A stretch of DNA of 64,000 nt from Nitrospirota bacterium (GCA_963737155.1 CAVTRN010000001.1:256001-320000), one strand, 5' to 3'; numbered from the stretch's first letter, positions 51,381 to 63,099 are shown. Translations and numbers: made by a program. The notes: generated by a model from the sequence alone, not told the origin.

Positions 51381-53186
51381 TTACTCCATAAAACTCTTTA
51401 GCTGTTTGCTGCGACTCGGGTGGCGCAGTTTCCTGAGCGCCTTGGCCTCGATCTGACGGATACGTTCGCGAGTGACGTCGAACTCCTGCCCGACTTCCTC
51501 AAGCGTGTGGTCCGTCTGCTCGCCGATTCCGAACCGCCACCGCAGCACTTTTTCCTCACGCTCCGTCAGCGTGTTCAGGACCTTGCGGACCTGCTGATGG
51601 AGATTCCTGCGTATGGCGGATTCGAGCGGTGACGCCACCTTCTTGTCTTCGATGAAATCCCCCAGATGGCTGTCTTCTTCCTCGCCAATGGGCGTTTCGA
51701 GGGAGATCGGCTCTTTCGCGATCTTCATGATTTTACGCACCTTCTCGACCGGCAGCTTCATGGATGAGGCGATTTCTTCTGTTGTCGGTTCTCTTCCGAG
51801 ATCCTGCACGAGGCTGCGGGACGTCCTGATAAGTTTGTTCATGGTCTCGATCATATGCACAGGAATGCGGATCGTGCGCGCCTGGTCAGCGATCGCCCTA
51901 GTGATGGCTTGCCGGATCCACCACGTGGCATAGGTGCTGAATTTATATCCTCGCTGCCATTCAAACTTATCCACGGCTTTCATGAGGCCAATATTCCCTT
52001 CCTGGATAAGGTCCAGGAACTGCAGGCCCCGATTGGTATACTTCTTAGCGATGGAAACCACGAGCCTAAGGTTCGCTTCCACCAGCTCGCTCTTGGCTAC
52101 CTTTGCCCGCTCCTCCGCCCGTTCGTAGGAGCGAAGGGCTTTTTTGAGCTCTTCGGCCGAAACACCGCAGTCTTCCTCGATCTTTTTCACACGCTTGACG
52201 ACGTTGCGGTATGTTTTCTCGATCCCGAGCAGCGTCTCCTGCTTAGTCTCGAGCCTGCGCGCCGCATTCTTCAGCTCGCGCTGGCCCTGGCGCATCTTCC
52301 TGAAAACGTCCTTGAGCCCGTCTATGGTCAGCCCTGACTTCCGCTCGAGGCCATGGATCTCCCGTTCTGCCATGAGCACCTCGCTCACCGTCTCGCGAAG
52401 TTTCATGACCAACCGGTCCGTCTGGCGGCAGTGGATGTTGAGCGCCTCGAGCTTGTCAAAAAGCGCGTGCCGTGTCGTCTGCATCTTGTCCCGGACGGAC
52501 TTCTTCCGGGCTTCGCTTCCCCGGTTGCTGTTGATATGATTCGTCAGCGTATTGAGTTCCTTGCTGTGACGTTCGATTTCGACAATCAGCTTCAGGACCC
52601 GGGCATGAAGTTCTTCCTCATTCTGCGTTTGAAGGTCTTCAAAATCGTCATCGCCTGCGTGGACGATTTCATTTATGCTGATTTTCCCCTTCCGTAGCTT
52701 GTCCCCCATATCTCGCACGTCCTGAAGCGAGAACGGTAGGCTGTATAAAATCTGAGCGGCTTCGCGCTTGCCATCTTCGATCCTCTTGGCGATAGACACT
52801 TCGCCTTCCTTGGAAAGGAGCGGAACGGTGCCCATTTCCTTAAGGTAAAGGCGGACGGGATCGTCTGTTTTTCCAACACCAACATCGACCTCTTCCTCCT
52901 CTACTTCCTCCTCAGTTGCTTCCTCGAGGCCCACTTCTTCGGGCTCGACACCGTCTTCCAACTCGTCGTCGGCCGCCTGGCGCACCTTGCCGTCATGGCG
53001 AGAATCTGAGATGTCCATGTCCATTTCGCCGTCTCCGAACAGCGAGATGATACTGTCAAGCTGTTCCGTGGAAACGTCTTCATGGGGGATAGACTCGCCC
53101 CCCCCTTCATCGAAAGGAACATAATTCCTTTCTTTCCCCCCTGTCCCCGCTTTTTTCGAATCGTCTGCCTTACCCTTCTTAGACAT
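51381..53186 (-). CDS. rpoD: Primary sigma factor sigma70
   Basis: [52 protein letters not shown]; AAGGAG RBS. Confidence 0.97.
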   Translation of the reverse strand: MSKKGKADDSKKAGTGGKERNYVPFDEGGGESIPHEDVSTEQLDSIISLFGDGEMDMDISDSRHDGKVRQAADDELEDGVEPEEVGLEEATEEEVEEEEVDVGVGKTDDPVRLYLKEMGTVPLLSKEGEVSIAKRIEDGKREAAQILYSLPFSLQDVRDMGDKLRKGKISINEIVHAGDDDFEDLQTQNEEELHARVLKLIVEIERHSKELNTLTNHINSNRGSEARKKSVRDKMQTTRHALFDKLEALNIHCRQTDRLVMKLRETVSEVLMAEREIHGLERKSGLTIDGLKDVFRKMRQGQRELKNAARRLETKQETLLGIEKTYRNVVKRVKKIEEDCGVSAEELKKALRSYERAEERAKVAKSELVEANLRLVVSIAKKYTNRGLQFLDLIQEGNIGLMKAVDKFEWQRGYKFSTYATWWIRQAITRAIADQARTIRIPVHMIETMNKLIRTSRSLVQDLGREPTTEEIASSMKLPVEKVRKIMKIAKEPISLETPIGEEEDSHLGDFIEDKKVASPLESAIRRNLHQQVRKVLNTLTEREEKVLRWRFGIGEQTDHTLEEVGQEFDVTRERIRQIEAKALRKLRHPSRSKQLKSFME

Positions 53187-53275
53187 ACTCTGGTGCTCCT
53201 TTTTGCGATGTGGTCTTACCTGCTGCCGCTGCAATTACCTGCCAATTGAACCGGCTCCGTTGTCCCGATCACCTT

Positions 53276-55048
53276 CTACAAGCCGGGAATGCGGCGTCCC
53301 GGCCTTCTGCATAGCTGCTGCTGCATCTCAAGCAGCCGCTTGTACTCCTCAGTGTTGCCTTGCTCCTCTGCTTCTTTGAGCGCTTTCACAATCTGTTTCA
53401 TCTGCTTCTCGGGATCCTGCTGTTTAAGCAACTCCATGCAGTCCCGGCAGTGCTTTTGGGGGTCTTCGTACACCATCTCCAGCACCGCATAGTGCGAAAA
53501 AAGTGCGTTGAGCTCCTCATCCCCCTCCCGCAGAAGGGCGTGATAGTCGAGTGTATTTTTCCCCTTCATGACCTCGAAAATTCTTTCCGCCGCCCTTCGG
53601 AATAAAGGGTCGGTAAAATCCTGCGGCCGTATTTGTTCCTCCAGGCTTTTCGCAATCCCCTCGTCCCTGATCATGAGGTGAAGCAAGGTCTCCTCAGCCT
53701 TGGGTCGGCGATTCAGCATCATCGAGATTCCCCGGCCCTGAGAAGGAACGGTCTGCGGCCGCTTCGGATCCTTCGGCATTTCTTGGCGGAGCAGCGCCTC
53801 GTTAAGGTCAAGCGCCTCAGCGGTCTTCTTCAGATAGTAATCTCGCTCAATGCCGCTCGGAAGCCTGGTAATGATCCCGAGCATCTCTCCCGCTTTCGTT
53901 ACTTTTTCGTCAATCGATGTAACCGGTCCACCCTTTACCGCCTGGTCAAGCACAAAATCCATAAACTTCACGGATTTCCTGAGGCAGGTCGCAAATTCCT
54001 CGTAGCCTTTCTTGTTCAGAAACGTATCAGGATCGTCGCCGTCGGGAAGCGACACTACATTCACTTTCATTCCGCTCGTGATGAACAAGTCGAGGCCGCG
54101 TAAAGTCGCTTTCACGCCCGCCGGATCGGGATCGAATATAAGCACAAGGTTCTGCGCGAACCGCCGCAGGAGTCTCAAATGGCCGTCGGTAAGAGCCGTT
54201 CCCAGCGTTGCCACTGCATTCTTCACGCCGTATTGGTGGCAGGCAAGAGCATCGAGATAACCCTCGACAATGATAAAGTATCCCTGCCGCCGTCCTGGTT
54301 CCTTGGCCCTATCCAGGCAATAAAGCACATTGCTCTTGCTGTAAAGAGGCGTCTCAGGGGAGTTCAGGTACTTCGGCAAAGAGTCGTCCATGACTCGTCC
54401 GCCGAAGGCGATCACATTGCCGCTGAGATCGCGGATTGGGAAAATGATCCTCCCCCGAAACCGGTCATAGTATCCTTCGCCCTCGCTCCGTTTTACAATA
54501 AGCCCAGCCTTCTCCATCAGACCCGGCGCATAATCCCTTTGCTTGAGATGGCGGAGCAGGCCATCCCACTCAGGCCTTGCAAAGCCGAGACCTTGATCCT
54601 CTATAATCGTTTCGCTGACTCCCCGCTTGTCGAGGTATGCCCGTGCCGCATGGCCGGCGGGCCCTTCAAGTTCAGTTCGAAAATAATCGGCGGCCTGGGC
54701 AACGACTTTCAAGAGGGCGGCGCGTTCGTCCTCATTTTTTTTATCCTTGCGCGGGCTGTTCTCTGGCAGCGAGATCCCCGACATCCCCGCGAGATTGCGG
54801 ACCGCGTCGGGGAAGTTCATACCTTCCTGCAACTCCAGAAACTTAAACACATCCCCGCCCACGCCGCAGCCGAAGCAGTGAAAAATCTGTTTGTCCGGAT
54901 TGACGCTGAACGAAGGTGTTTTCTCAGCATGAAACGGGCAGAGTCCCACATGGTTCTTTCCGGTTTTCTTCAGGGAAACATATCCGGCTACAAGGTCGAC
55001 AATATCAACACTGTCCCGAACCCGGCTTATGATATCATCGGAAAACAT
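53276..55048 (-). CDS. dnaG: DNA primase
   Basis: CPFH..CFGC Zn finger, DRFRGR, KYLNSPET, EGYLD, DPD TOPRIM. Confidence 0.97.
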   Translation of the reverse strand: MFSDDIISRVRDSVDIVDLVAGYVSLKKTGKNHVGLCPFHAEKTPSFSVNPDKQIFHCFGCGVGGDVFKFLELQEGMNFPDAVRNLAGMSGISLPENSPRKDKKNEDERAALLKVVAQAADYFRTELEGPAGHAARAYLDKRGVSETIIEDQGLGFARPEWDGLLRHLKQRDYAPGLMEKAGLIVKRSEGEGYYDRFRGRIIFPIRDLSGNVIAFGGRVMDDSLPKYLNSPETPLYSKSNVLYCLDRAKEPGRRQGYFIIVEGYLDALACHQYGVKNAVATLGTALTDGHLRLLRRFAQNLVLIFDPDPAGVKATLRGLDLFITSGMKVNVVSLPDGDDPDTFLNKKGYEEFATCLRKSVKFMDFVLDQAVKGGPVTSIDEKVTKAGEMLGIITRLPSGIERDYYLKKTAEALDLNEALLRQEMPKDPKRPQTVPSQGRGISMMLNRRPKAEETLLHLMIRDEGIAKSLEEQIRPQDFTDPLFRRAAERIFEVMKGKNTLDYHALLREGDEELNALFSHYAVLEMVYEDPQKHCRDCMELLKQQDPEKQMKQIVKALKEAEEQGNTEEYKRLLEMQQQLCRRPGRRIPGL

Positions 55049-55049
55049 A

Positions 55050-57431
55050 TTATTTTTTCAGCTCCGCCACCGTTACGCCTGCTCCACCCTCAGCCGGAGT
55101 TCCAGTCCTTATGGCTGCGATCAGGGGGTTGTTCTTCAGGTAGCCCTCCACTGCCGACTTGAGCGCGCCGGTACCCATGCCGTGAATGACCGTCACTAGC
55201 GACAAGCCGTTTACGCCGGCCCGGTCGATAAAACGCTCTACCTCGGCCAGTCCTTCATCAACCCGAAGTCCAATGATGTTCAAGCGATTGGACGAGCCCT
55301 CATCCTCTCCAAAATTGGCGCTCCAGCCCGGCAAGTGGGAGGAGTTCTGCGGTCCGCTCAGAGGCTTGATCGGCCAGACTTCCATCGCCGGCAATTTAAG
55401 TTTTTTGCCGTCCACCTCAAGCTCGAGCAGGCCTCGGTGTGAAGCCAGCACCGTCGCCGGCCTGTTCCACCGTGAGATCCGAACCCGGTCGCCTGGATGA
55501 AGGTCAAGAAGCGGACCGGTAGGGTGATGGGCCTGATCCGAAACAGCTGGCTCAAGTTTTCTGCTGAGCGCTTCGATCTCTGCAACCGTTTTCTTGTGCT
55601 CCGCCTGAGCAAGAGTCGTTGCCTGGGACAGCTCGCGAAGTTTCCGGCGTAGCGACGCAACTACCTCTTTTGCTTCCATCCTGGCTTTCGCCTTTATATC
55701 CCGCGCTTCATCCGCCACCGTCCTGAGCGTCGCTTCACTCTGAAGGCGTTCCCGCTGAACAGCAGCCTGCTCCCGCTCGAGTATCTCGCGCTCCTTGGTA
55801 AGCCGTAGAGCGTCCGTCTCCACCTGTTTCAACAGGTGTTCGAGCCGGATATCATCTTCACTAATCCGGGTGCGTGCCTTCCGGATCACCTCATCAGGAA
55901 TACCCATCCTGGCCGCCATATCCAGCCCATAGCTTCTGCCCGGCCTCCCCGGGATCAACCGGTACGTCGGCTTCAACGTTGAGGGATCAAATTCCATGGA
56001 AGCGTTCACTGCGCCGGCCGTCTGGGAGCCGAAGAGCTTAAGCGTGTTGTGGTGCGTCGTCACCAAGGTCACGCATCCGCGCTCGATCAAATTCTCTAAA
56101 ACAGCGGCGCCCAGTCCGGCTCCCTCACCGGGATCCGTCCCGGCTCCGAGTTCATCGAGCAAAACGAGAGAGTACCGATCCGCTTGGCGGAGAGTTCCGG
56201 CAATATGGCCCACATGAGATGAAAATGTGCTCAGGTCCTGCTCAAGGCTTTGCTCGTCGCCGATATCTGCAAAGACATCATGGAAGCACGGCAGTACGCT
56301 CCCTTCCGCCGCTGTCACCGGTAGACCAGCCTGGGCCATGAGCGAAAGAAGACCCACCGTCTTGAGAATCACCGTCTTGCCGCCGGCGTTCGGGCCGCTA
56401 AGAATCAACACCCGTTCATGATCGCTCAGTTCGATGTCGTTCGGCAATACCTCCCCGCTGCCCGCGTTTTTTTGCTTCCAGGCGAGTAAAGGATGCCGCG
56501 CCCTGCGAAGTCTGACACGCCCGTCCATGGAGAACTCCGGGATTGTCCCATCCAACTCCATCCCGAGCCGGGCCCGAGCGTATACGGCATCGATTGACGC
56601 AAGAGCATTGATCGTTTCCCCAATTGCATCGCGCTCCTGGGAAAGAAGAGCTGTCAATTCCCGAAGAATGCGTTCAACTTCATCCCGTTCTTCCAGACGA
56701 AGTTCCGCGAGGCGATTGTTCTGCTCTAGTACCTCAAGAGGCTCCACGAAAAGCGTTGCCCGGGACCCCGACTGCCCGTGAACTATGCCTTTCAGGTTTT
56801 GTCTGAAGTTCGGTTTGAGCGGCAGAACATACCGGTCATCACGAATCGTTATCACCGGCTCCTGGACGATTTTTTGAAAACTGCTGTCCTGCAGCATATC
56901 GGACAACCGTCCTAGAATATCGTCCCGCGTCCGACCGAGCTGTTTACGGATCTTCCGGAGGTTCGGGCTGGCCGAATCCCTTACCTCGGCCCGCTCGTCG
57001 ATGGCGCTAAAGATCGCATCTTCGACCTGTTTAAGCGGACGAATAGAAGCAGCTCGCAAGCAGAGTAGCGGAGCCGAAAACGCCGGATCGCCGTTCCTTT
57101 CGAAGCGCTGAAAAAAAATCCTTACCCGCCTGCCAGCGGAAAGTGTAGTAGCTATATCCAGCAGTTCCGCGGAGGAGAGCATGCTGCCGGCGACTTCCAG
57201 CTTCGCAACCGCCTGCTCCACGTCAACGATTCCGTCGAGCGGCGGACTTTCCCCCCGCCGGAGGATATTCATGAATTCACGCGTTTCCCGGAGACATCCC
57301 GCTGCCGTCTCCCGGTCGGCAACAGGCATCATGCTTCGCACGGATTTTCTGCCGGGTACCGAAGCTGCGTATCCGGCGACAATGTCGATTACCTTGTCAA
57401 ACTCCAGCACCCGAAGGGAATGCTCATTCAT
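55050..57431 (-). CDS. mutS2: MutS2 (ATPase + Smr)
   Basis: LRVLEF, ARHPLL, GPNAGGKT, DIGDEQS..LSTFS, DELGAGTDP, IHGMGTG, GGAGVT. Confidence 0.95.
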   Translation of the reverse strand: MNEHSLRVLEFDKVIDIVAGYAASVPGRKSVRSMMPVADRETAAGCLRETREFMNILRRGESPPLDGIVDVEQAVAKLEVAGSMLSSAELLDIATTLSAGRRVRIFFQRFERNGDPAFSAPLLCLRAASIRPLKQVEDAIFSAIDERAEVRDSASPNLRKIRKQLGRTRDDILGRLSDMLQDSSFQKIVQEPVITIRDDRYVLPLKPNFRQNLKGIVHGQSGSRATLFVEPLEVLEQNNRLAELRLEERDEVERILRELTALLSQERDAIGETINALASIDAVYARARLGMELDGTIPEFSMDGRVRLRRARHPLLAWKQKNAGSGEVLPNDIELSDHERVLILSGPNAGGKTVILKTVGLLSLMAQAGLPVTAAEGSVLPCFHDVFADIGDEQSLEQDLSTFSSHVGHIAGTLRQADRYSLVLLDELGAGTDPGEGAGLGAAVLENLIERGCVTLVTTHHNTLKLFGSQTAGAVNASMEFDPSTLKPTYRLIPGRPGRSYGLDMAARMGIPDEVIRKARTRISEDDIRLEHLLKQVETDALRLTKEREILEREQAAVQRERLQSEATLRTVADEARDIKAKARMEAKEVVASLRRKLRELSQATTLAQAEHKKTVAEIEALSRKLEPAVSDQAHHPTGPLLDLHPGDRVRISRWNRPATVLASHRGLLELEVDGKKLKLPAMEVWPIKPLSGPQNSSHLPGWSANFGEDEGSSNRLNIIGLRVDEGLAEVERFIDRAGVNGLSLVTVIHGMGTGALKSAVEGYLKNNPLIAAIRTGTPAEGGAGVTVAELKK

Positions 57432-57632
57432 AACTTGTACCGAGGAACATCCGCTTGCGGCAAGCAGCGTTTTTCCTGCACTCTGAACGATCCGCGGCAT
57501 GGGACGCTTCGCGTATCCGGGAACCGTCATGACGCTCTTTGACTATGCAGCTGTTGTCTTTCTCTGGTACAAGCCAGGGTCCCTCTCGGATTAAAGGGAG
57601 GACCAGGGATTCCCGGGATCGTTCATGATATG

Positions 57633-57670
57633 AAAAAAAATCAGGGGGCCTCGGTCTACCTGGCCCCCTG
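57633..57670 (-). terminator. Rho-independent terminator after yqeY
   Basis: Minus strand CAGGGGGCC..GGCCCCCTG then ATTTTTTTT. Confidence 0.7.
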
Positions 57671-57719
57671 TTCCGTCCCGTTGTCAGAGAATCGCACGTT
57701 GAATGCGTTACTCATATCA

Positions 57720-58163
57720 TTACCCTAGCGATTTTTTCACTAGATCGCTGATCAATTTTCCGTCAGCCCTTCCGCCGACCATAGGTATGAGCGCCTTCAT
57801 GACCTTCCCCATATCCTTTGAGCCCTGCGCCCCTGTCTGGACAACGGCTTCACGAACCATTGACTCGAGCTCTTCATGTGATAACGGCTGGGGAAGATAT
57901 ACTTCCAGCACCGCTACTTCGGCAGTTTCCTTGTCCACGAGATCCTGACGGCCGCCTTTTGCAAACTGCTCGATTGAATCTTTCCGCTGCTTTATGAGGG
58001 AACGAACGGTCTCGACAACCTCCTCTTCAATGAGTGGCCGCCGCTTGTCGATCTGCTTGTTCTTAAGAGCGGCATTCAGCATCCGCAAAGTGGAAAGTTT
58101 GTCTTTAGCTCCGGACTTGAGGGCTTCTTTTGTATCCGAATCAACTCTCTCCCGTAAACCCAT
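57720..58163 (-). CDS. yqeY: GatB/YqeY domain protein
   Basis: KQRKDSIEQF..GGRQDL, YLPQPL, KDMGKVM, RADGK; follows rpsU. Confidence 0.93.
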   Translation of the reverse strand: MGLRERVDSDTKEALKSGAKDKLSTLRMLNAALKNKQIDKRRPLIEEEVVETVRSLIKQRKDSIEQFAKGGRQDLVDKETAEVAVLEVYLPQPLSHEELESMVREAVVQTGAQGSKDMGKVMKALIPMVGGRADGKLISDLVKKSLG

Positions 58164-58245
58164 TCCGTCCCTCTTCTCTCCCCACAACACAGCCGCTCGC
58201 AGATAGCCAATGAAGTCGAGAACCTGCACGACGGTGCGATGCTGA

Positions 58246-58446
58246 TTAACTCTGCCGGAAAATACGCGCGGTCTTGGCTGCTTTTTTTCTCGCGGCTATT
58301 GCTTTCTTCTTGCGCTTTACGCTCGGCTTTTCGTAATGCTCTCTTTTTTTGACTTCAGAAAGCACGCCTTCCTTTTCGATGCTTTTTTTAAACCTCCGGA
58401 GCGCGGCCTCAAAGGGTTCGTTCTCCCGTAATCTTATACTCGGCAC
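58246..58446 (-). CDS. rpsU: 30S ribosomal protein S21
   Basis: [20 protein letters not shown]; GTG start after GGAGGG. Confidence 0.95.
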   Translation of the reverse strand: MPSIRLRENEPFEAALRRFKKSIEKEGVLSEVKKREHYEKPSVKRKKKAIAARKKAAKTARIFRQS

Positions 58447-58569
58447 TCTCGCTACACCCCCCTCCGGTTGCATCTGATAGAAACAGCCGTATAACTTACG
58501 GTTTTTATTATATAAATAATGTGTAAAAGAAATTTCACTCGGCAATTTTTTATTATGGCATAATCATTA

Positions 58570-58598
58570 AAAATAACAACTCCCCTCTTGAATGTCAA
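58570..58598 (-). promoter_or_regulatory. sigma70 promoter of rpsU
   Basis: TTGACA-N17-TATTTT. Confidence 0.6.
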
Positions 58599-58680
58599 GA
58601 AGAATTTTCGTTAAATTTTAAGCACTTTTTCGTGGTCCCGTCGTCCGGAACTGCCCCGTGGATATATACCTTTCGTACTA

Positions 58681-59886
58681 TCAACTTCTATACGCCGCAT
58701 TGATCTTCACATATTCGTATGACAGGTCACAAGTCCAAACGGTTGCCCTCCCTTTTCCCTTGTGAAGATCAATCACAATCTGCACTTCGCGCTGTTTAAG
58801 CGCAAGTGCAGCTTCACGCTCGGCGGCCTTGCCCATGCCGAGGCCTTTTTCGACGATCTTGGCCTTGCCGATCATTATGTCCGTTCTAGCCTCATCCATC
58901 TCCACATCAGCATACCCCAACGCGGCCATGATCCTGCCCCAGTTGGCGTCTTCACCGAAGATAGCGGTTTTCACAAGGCTGGACTTTGCAACGGTCATCG
59001 CTGCACGCTTGGCTTCAACAGGACTCCTTGCATTCCGAACTTCGATCTCAACAAATTTGGTCGCGCCCTCTCCATCACGGACGACTCGCCGAGCCAGTGT
59101 CCCTGCTACCGTGTCGAGACAGGTCTGGAACTTTTTGAACTCCTTGCTGGCCGGCGCTATCCTCCTGTTTCCCGCTGCACCGTTCGCCATGCTAAGGATC
59201 ATGTCATTCGTGCTCATGTCGCCGTCCACGGTGATCAAGTTAAACGATTTTTCCGCAGATGCCAACAGGGCTTTCTTCAGGACAGGTGCTGATAGAACGG
59301 CATCCGTCACGATAAAGCAAAGCATCGTAGCCATGTTCGGATGAATCATCCCCGACCCTTTAGCAATGCCGGCAACGGTGATCGTCTTGCCACCTATCTC
59401 TTCCTGGACGATTGAGAGTTTCGGATACATGTCCGTGGTCATGATAGCTTCCGCAGCCTGTTCCCAGCCGGCGCCCGACAAGAGACCAATAGCAGTGGCA
59501 ATGCCGGTGCCAACCCTCGCCATCGGAAGATACTCGCCAATCACACCGGTTGACGATACCAATACAGCATCGGGTTTGATGCCGAGCGCACGCGCCGCAA
59601 TCTCCGCCGTGGCACGGGCATCTGCGAGACCACGTTTTCCCGTACAGGCGTTGGCGCACCCGCTGTTGGCGACAATTGCCTGCCCTTTTCCGGATTTTAC
59701 CCTCGTCAAATCCAGCAAAACCGGTGCCGCCTTAACCCGGTTCCTGGTGAATACGCCGGCGACCGAAGCCTCCCGATCGGAGAAGATGATCGCAAGATCT
59801 TTCTTCTCATTCTTTTTTATGCCACTCGCAATGCCCCATGCCTTGTAACCAGGAATGGAAAAGTTCTTTGTATCGAGAATCCTCAT
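58681..59886 (-). CDS. argJ: Ornithine acetyltransferase / N-acetylglutamate synthase
   Basis: NSGCANACTG, AIMTTD, KGSGMIHPNMATML, DGDMSTND, DGEGATK, CDLSYEYVKINA.YRS. Confidence 0.97.
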   Translation of the reverse strand: MRILDTKNFSIPGYKAWGIASGIKKNEKKDLAIIFSDREASVAGVFTRNRVKAAPVLLDLTRVKSGKGQAIVANSGCANACTGKRGLADARATAEIAARALGIKPDAVLVSSTGVIGEYLPMARVGTGIATAIGLLSGAGWEQAAEAIMTTDMYPKLSIVQEEIGGKTITVAGIAKGSGMIHPNMATMLCFIVTDAVLSAPVLKKALLASAEKSFNLITVDGDMSTNDMILSMANGAAGNRRIAPASKEFKKFQTCLDTVAGTLARRVVRDGEGATKFVEIEVRNARSPVEAKRAAMTVAKSSLVKTAIFGEDANWGRIMAALGYADVEMDEARTDIMIGKAKIVEKGLGMGKAAEREAALALKQREVQIVIDLHKGKGRATVWTCDLSYEYVKINAAYRS

Positions 59887-60001
59887 GATTCTACCCCTGT
59901 CTCATTAGGATATTTATTGTCCTCATCCTGTAGGGGAGAGGAAGCAACAAAATTGTATTGTTGCCGGAACCCGCCACGCATCCGCCGGCATACTCTGCAA
60001 T

Positions 60002-61054
60002 TCAGGGAAACAGTCCAGCAATCCGGAGACCGTCCATTTCATCAAAACCCGCCATAAGGTTCATGTTCTGGATGGCCTGACCAGACGCACCCTTGACGAG
60101 GTTGTCGATGGCTGTAACAACTACGATCCTGCCTGTCCGAGGATCAGCGTACATACCGATGTCACAAAAATTGGAACCTCGTACATTCCGCACGTTTGGA
60201 AGCTGGCCGGCTGCAAGGACCCTGACGAATGGTTCGTTTCGGTAAAACTCCCGGTACATCGCGCAAAGCCGGTCTGTGTCAGCTCCGACGTTAAGCGTGG
60301 CATAGATCGTTGTCAGGATTCCCCGATTCATGGGTACAAGATGGGGCGTGAACAAGAGGGTGATCGATTGCCCTGCCAGTGCCCCCAGCTCCTGCTCTAT
60401 CTCCGGCGTATGGCGATGCGTCCCGATTTTGTACGCCATAAAGCCTTCGTTCACTTCAGGATAGTGGTACGCGATCGACGGGCTGCGTCCGGCGCCGGAC
60501 ACTCCTGATTTGGAATCGATGATGATTGTCTTGAGGTCTATAGCTTCTTTTTTCACTAACGGCGCCAGTCCCAGAATCGCACTGGTTGGATAACAGCCCG
60601 GATTCGCAATAAGCGACGCTTTTCGGATCTTCTCTCGGTGCAGTTCCGGCAGGCCATACACTGCTTGCTTTAAAAGCTCGGGGAACTGGTGACCGTGCTC
60701 GTACCACGTTTCATACACAGCCGGATCGGCAAGTCGGTAGTCGGCCGACAGGTCGATGACTTTTTTCCCAAGCTGATGGAACCGGAAAGCGGCTGCCTGT
60801 GCTGTGACGTGGGGAAGCGCAAGAAATATATAATCCGCTTTTTTGGCGATGATGTCCGGATCAAGCGTTTCACAAACCAGCCCTGTTAAACCGGCAAGGT
60901 GCGGGAAAATACTGGTAAGAGGCTGACCAGCGGATTTCTCCGAGGTGACTGCGGTGACCGTTGCCCGGGGATGATGCAGGAGTAGCCGGTAGAGTTCACC
61001 GCCGGTATATCCGCTCGACCCCACGATTGCTATCTTCAGGTTATTCTCTATCAT
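60002..61054 (-). CDS. argC: N-acetyl-gamma-glutamyl-phosphate reductase
   Basis: [47 protein letters not shown]. Confidence 0.97.
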   Translation of the reverse strand: MIENNLKIAIVGSSGYTGGELYRLLLHHPRATVTAVTSEKSAGQPLTSIFPHLAGLTGLVCETLDPDIIAKKADYIFLALPHVTAQAAAFRFHQLGKKVIDLSADYRLADPAVYETWYEHGHQFPELLKQAVYGLPELHREKIRKASLIANPGCYPTSAILGLAPLVKKEAIDLKTIIIDSKSGVSGAGRSPSIAYHYPEVNEGFMAYKIGTHRHTPEIEQELGALAGQSITLLFTPHLVPMNRGILTTIYATLNVGADTDRLCAMYREFYRNEPFVRVLAAGQLPNVRNVRGSNFCDIGMYADPRTGRIVVVTAIDNLVKGASGQAIQNMNLMAGFDEMDGLRIAGLFP

Positions 61055-61114
61055 TTCATTTCCAGATTCCATGCCCTGCGAAATTACAATGCCTGTCGCA
61101 CGGCGCAAAATAAG

Positions 61115-61148
61115 CAAAACAAAAGGGAAGGCATCTCTACCTTCCCTT
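61115..61148 (-). terminator. Terminator after rpsI
   Basis: AAGGGAAGG/CCTTCCCTT stem followed by a T-rich run on the minus strand. Confidence 0.6.
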
Positions 61149-61195
61149 GATCTGAACGGGATCTGCAAAGCAAGAAAACAGATAGGTATGATCCC

Positions 61196-61597
61196 TTATC
61201 TCTTGGAGAACTGGAAGCGGGCACGCGCCCCTTTCTGGCCGTACTTCTTGCGCTCTTTGGCGCGGGGGTCGCGGGTGAGAAGGCCTTCCTTGCGGAGTTT
61301 GACGCGTGATTCGGCATCCACCGCGAGAAGCGCCTTGGAAATCCCATGCCTGATGGCGCCAGCCTGGCCGGAGTTGCCCCCGCCGAGAACGCTGACGAGT
61401 ACATCGAATTTATCGATAGTTCCAGTAACCTCAAAAGGTTGGCGAATGATCATCTTGAGCACATCTCTGCCAAAGTACTGATCCATGGGCTTGTCGTTGA
61501 TGGTTATCTTGCCACTGCCAGGCATCATCCATATTCTGGCGATAGAATTCTTGCGCTTGCCTGTTGCGTAGTATCTCGATACCGTTGCCGCTGACAT
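61196..61597 (-). CDS. rpsI: 30S ribosomal protein S9
   Basis: [41 protein letters not shown]. Confidence 0.98.
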   Translation of the reverse strand: MSAATVSRYYATGKRKNSIARIWMMPGSGKITINDKPMDQYFGRDVLKMIIRQPFEVTGTIDKFDVLVSVLGGGNSGQAGAIRHGISKALLAVDAESRVKLRKEGLLTRDPRAKERKKYGQKGARARFQFSKR

Positions 61598-61630
61598 TAC
61601 TTCCTCCTAACGAATATTCCAACTACTTGA

Positions 61631-62062
61631 TTATTTGATTTTCATTTCCGCCGGCTGCTGGGCGCTGTGCGGATGAGTCTCCCCTGCGTAAATCTTGAGT
61701 TTGGTAAGCATCTGTTTGCCGAGCTGTGTTTTCGGAAGCATCCCCTGGACCGCCATCTTCAGAACTTCCTCGGGTCTGGTTTTCATAAGCTTGCCTGCCG
61801 TGATGGATTTAAGACCGCCGGGGTACCCGGAGTGGCTATAGTAGACTTTCTGATCCAGTTTTTTGCCAGTCAGGTGGATTCTCTCGGCATTAACAACGAT
61901 CACGAAATCACCGGTATCCACATGTTTCGTAAAAATAGGTTTGTGCTTGCCTTTGAGCACCGACGCAACGACCGTTGCGATCCTGCCAAGTGTTTTTCCG
62001 TTCGCATCAACGACATGCCAGCTTCTATTGACATCCTCTTTTTTTGCTGAATAGGTCCCCAT
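61631..62062 (-). CDS. rplM: 50S ribosomal protein L13
   Basis: [44 protein letters not shown]. Confidence 0.98.
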   Translation of the reverse strand: MGTYSAKKEDVNRSWHVVDANGKTLGRIATVVASVLKGKHKPIFTKHVDTGDFVIVVNAERIHLTGKKLDQKVYYSHSGYPGGLKSITAGKLMKTRPEEVLKMAVQGMLPKTQLGKQMLTKLKIYAGETHPHSAQQPAEMKIK

Positions 62063-62104
62063 AATTACCGCCTTGCAGATTTATGAATTTTATCAAGAAA
62101 CGTG

Positions 62105-62133
62105 AATATAATTAATTTCATCTATTTTGTCAA
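62105..62133 (-). promoter_or_regulatory. sigma70 promoter of rplM
   Basis: TTGACA-N17-TATATT. Confidence 0.7.
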
Positions 62134-62413
62134 GCATTTTGTGCACAAGGTCATAGAGATGACATTATTTTGCACTTAGTTATTGTTTATACATTACACA
62201 AAAAACCATTAAAATCATTTAGTTACGTAATTGGTTTGAATAAAAAAACAGCCTGAAGAAAATGAAGGTCTGAATGGCTTTTGATGAGTATCGGAGCGGG
62301 AACTGCAATTTACATTGGTTTCATTTGCGGAGTACTGTTTCTTTCACAAAACGGGCGAGAGCGGTAATTTATTTTGTCCCCTCTCGCCTCAAATGGCATT
62401 TCACATGTTTAGG

Positions 62414-62728
62414 TCATTTTTCAGGAATTGCCTGATTCTCTCTCTGCGCTGTCGGAGCGGAGACAACATAACCAAATGCCGTACCAACAAGACCGCCAAT
62501 CACCAAACTTGCAGTCGCCGCACAGGTGATCCCTATTACGATTCCCATTACGATTGCGGCGCGCACGAACAGTGTCGGTTCCACCGTACCGCCCATAAAC
62601 TTCTGGAGCAGGATTAGGGTCCCGAAGCCCCCGAAATAGAAACCAGGTATGACGCCGAATAGCAGGAATACCAGCCCGCCGATTGTTGCCCCTATTTTCA
62701 TGCCCGCTTTGATCGCATTATCCTTCAT
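62414..62728 (-). CDS. Uncharacterised Gly-rich small membrane protein, subunit B copy 2
   Basis: Paralog of 40771..41088 (GMKIGATIGGLVFL.FG..PGFYFG..GTLILLQK.MGG.VEPTL.VRAAIV); AAGGAG RBS. Confidence 0.85.
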   Translation of the reverse strand: MKDNAIKAGMKIGATIGGLVFLLFGVIPGFYFGGFGTLILLQKFMGGTVEPTLFVRAAIVMGIVIGITCAATASLVIGGLVGTAFGYVVSAPTAQRENQAIPEK

Positions 62729-63062
62729 TGCTATCTCTCCTTGTCTTGGATAATCCTTGTTCTTCCCCAGCTTCTTTCGCGTGCGCTCCTGACTCTAGGA
62801 CTTTGCCGACAAGCCATCCCACGGTTGATGTAGCCGTCACAATCACGATGCCTGACACAAGAATCCCCACGAGCATTGAAGACAGCACGATAATTCTCGA
62901 TATAAGACCGGGCTGAAGCGGAAGGCCAAAAAACCAGCCTGCTATACTGATACCGGCTGCTCCTCCCATAAGGCTTCCCAGAAGCAGTCCGAATAATGCA
63001 AACAAAACGAGACCTGCACCTGCACCGATATACGCTGTCTTTCTTGAAATTGTCGTCTTCAT
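62718..63062 (-). CDS. Uncharacterised Gly-rich small membrane protein, subunit A copy 2
   Basis: Paralog of 40400..40705 (SRKTAYIGAGAGLV.FALFGLL.GS..GGAAGI..FFGLPL.PG..SR.IVLSSMLVG); TAAGGAGG RBS. Confidence 0.85.
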   Translation of the reverse strand: MKTTISRKTAYIGAGAGLVLFALFGLLLGSLMGGAAGISIAGWFFGLPLQPGLISRIIVLSSMLVGILVSGIVIVTATSTVGWLVGKVLESGAHAKEAGEEQGLSKTRRDSNEG

Positions 63063-63099
63063 GGTAGTTTCCTCCTTAGTTGTAAATTACTTGATAATT

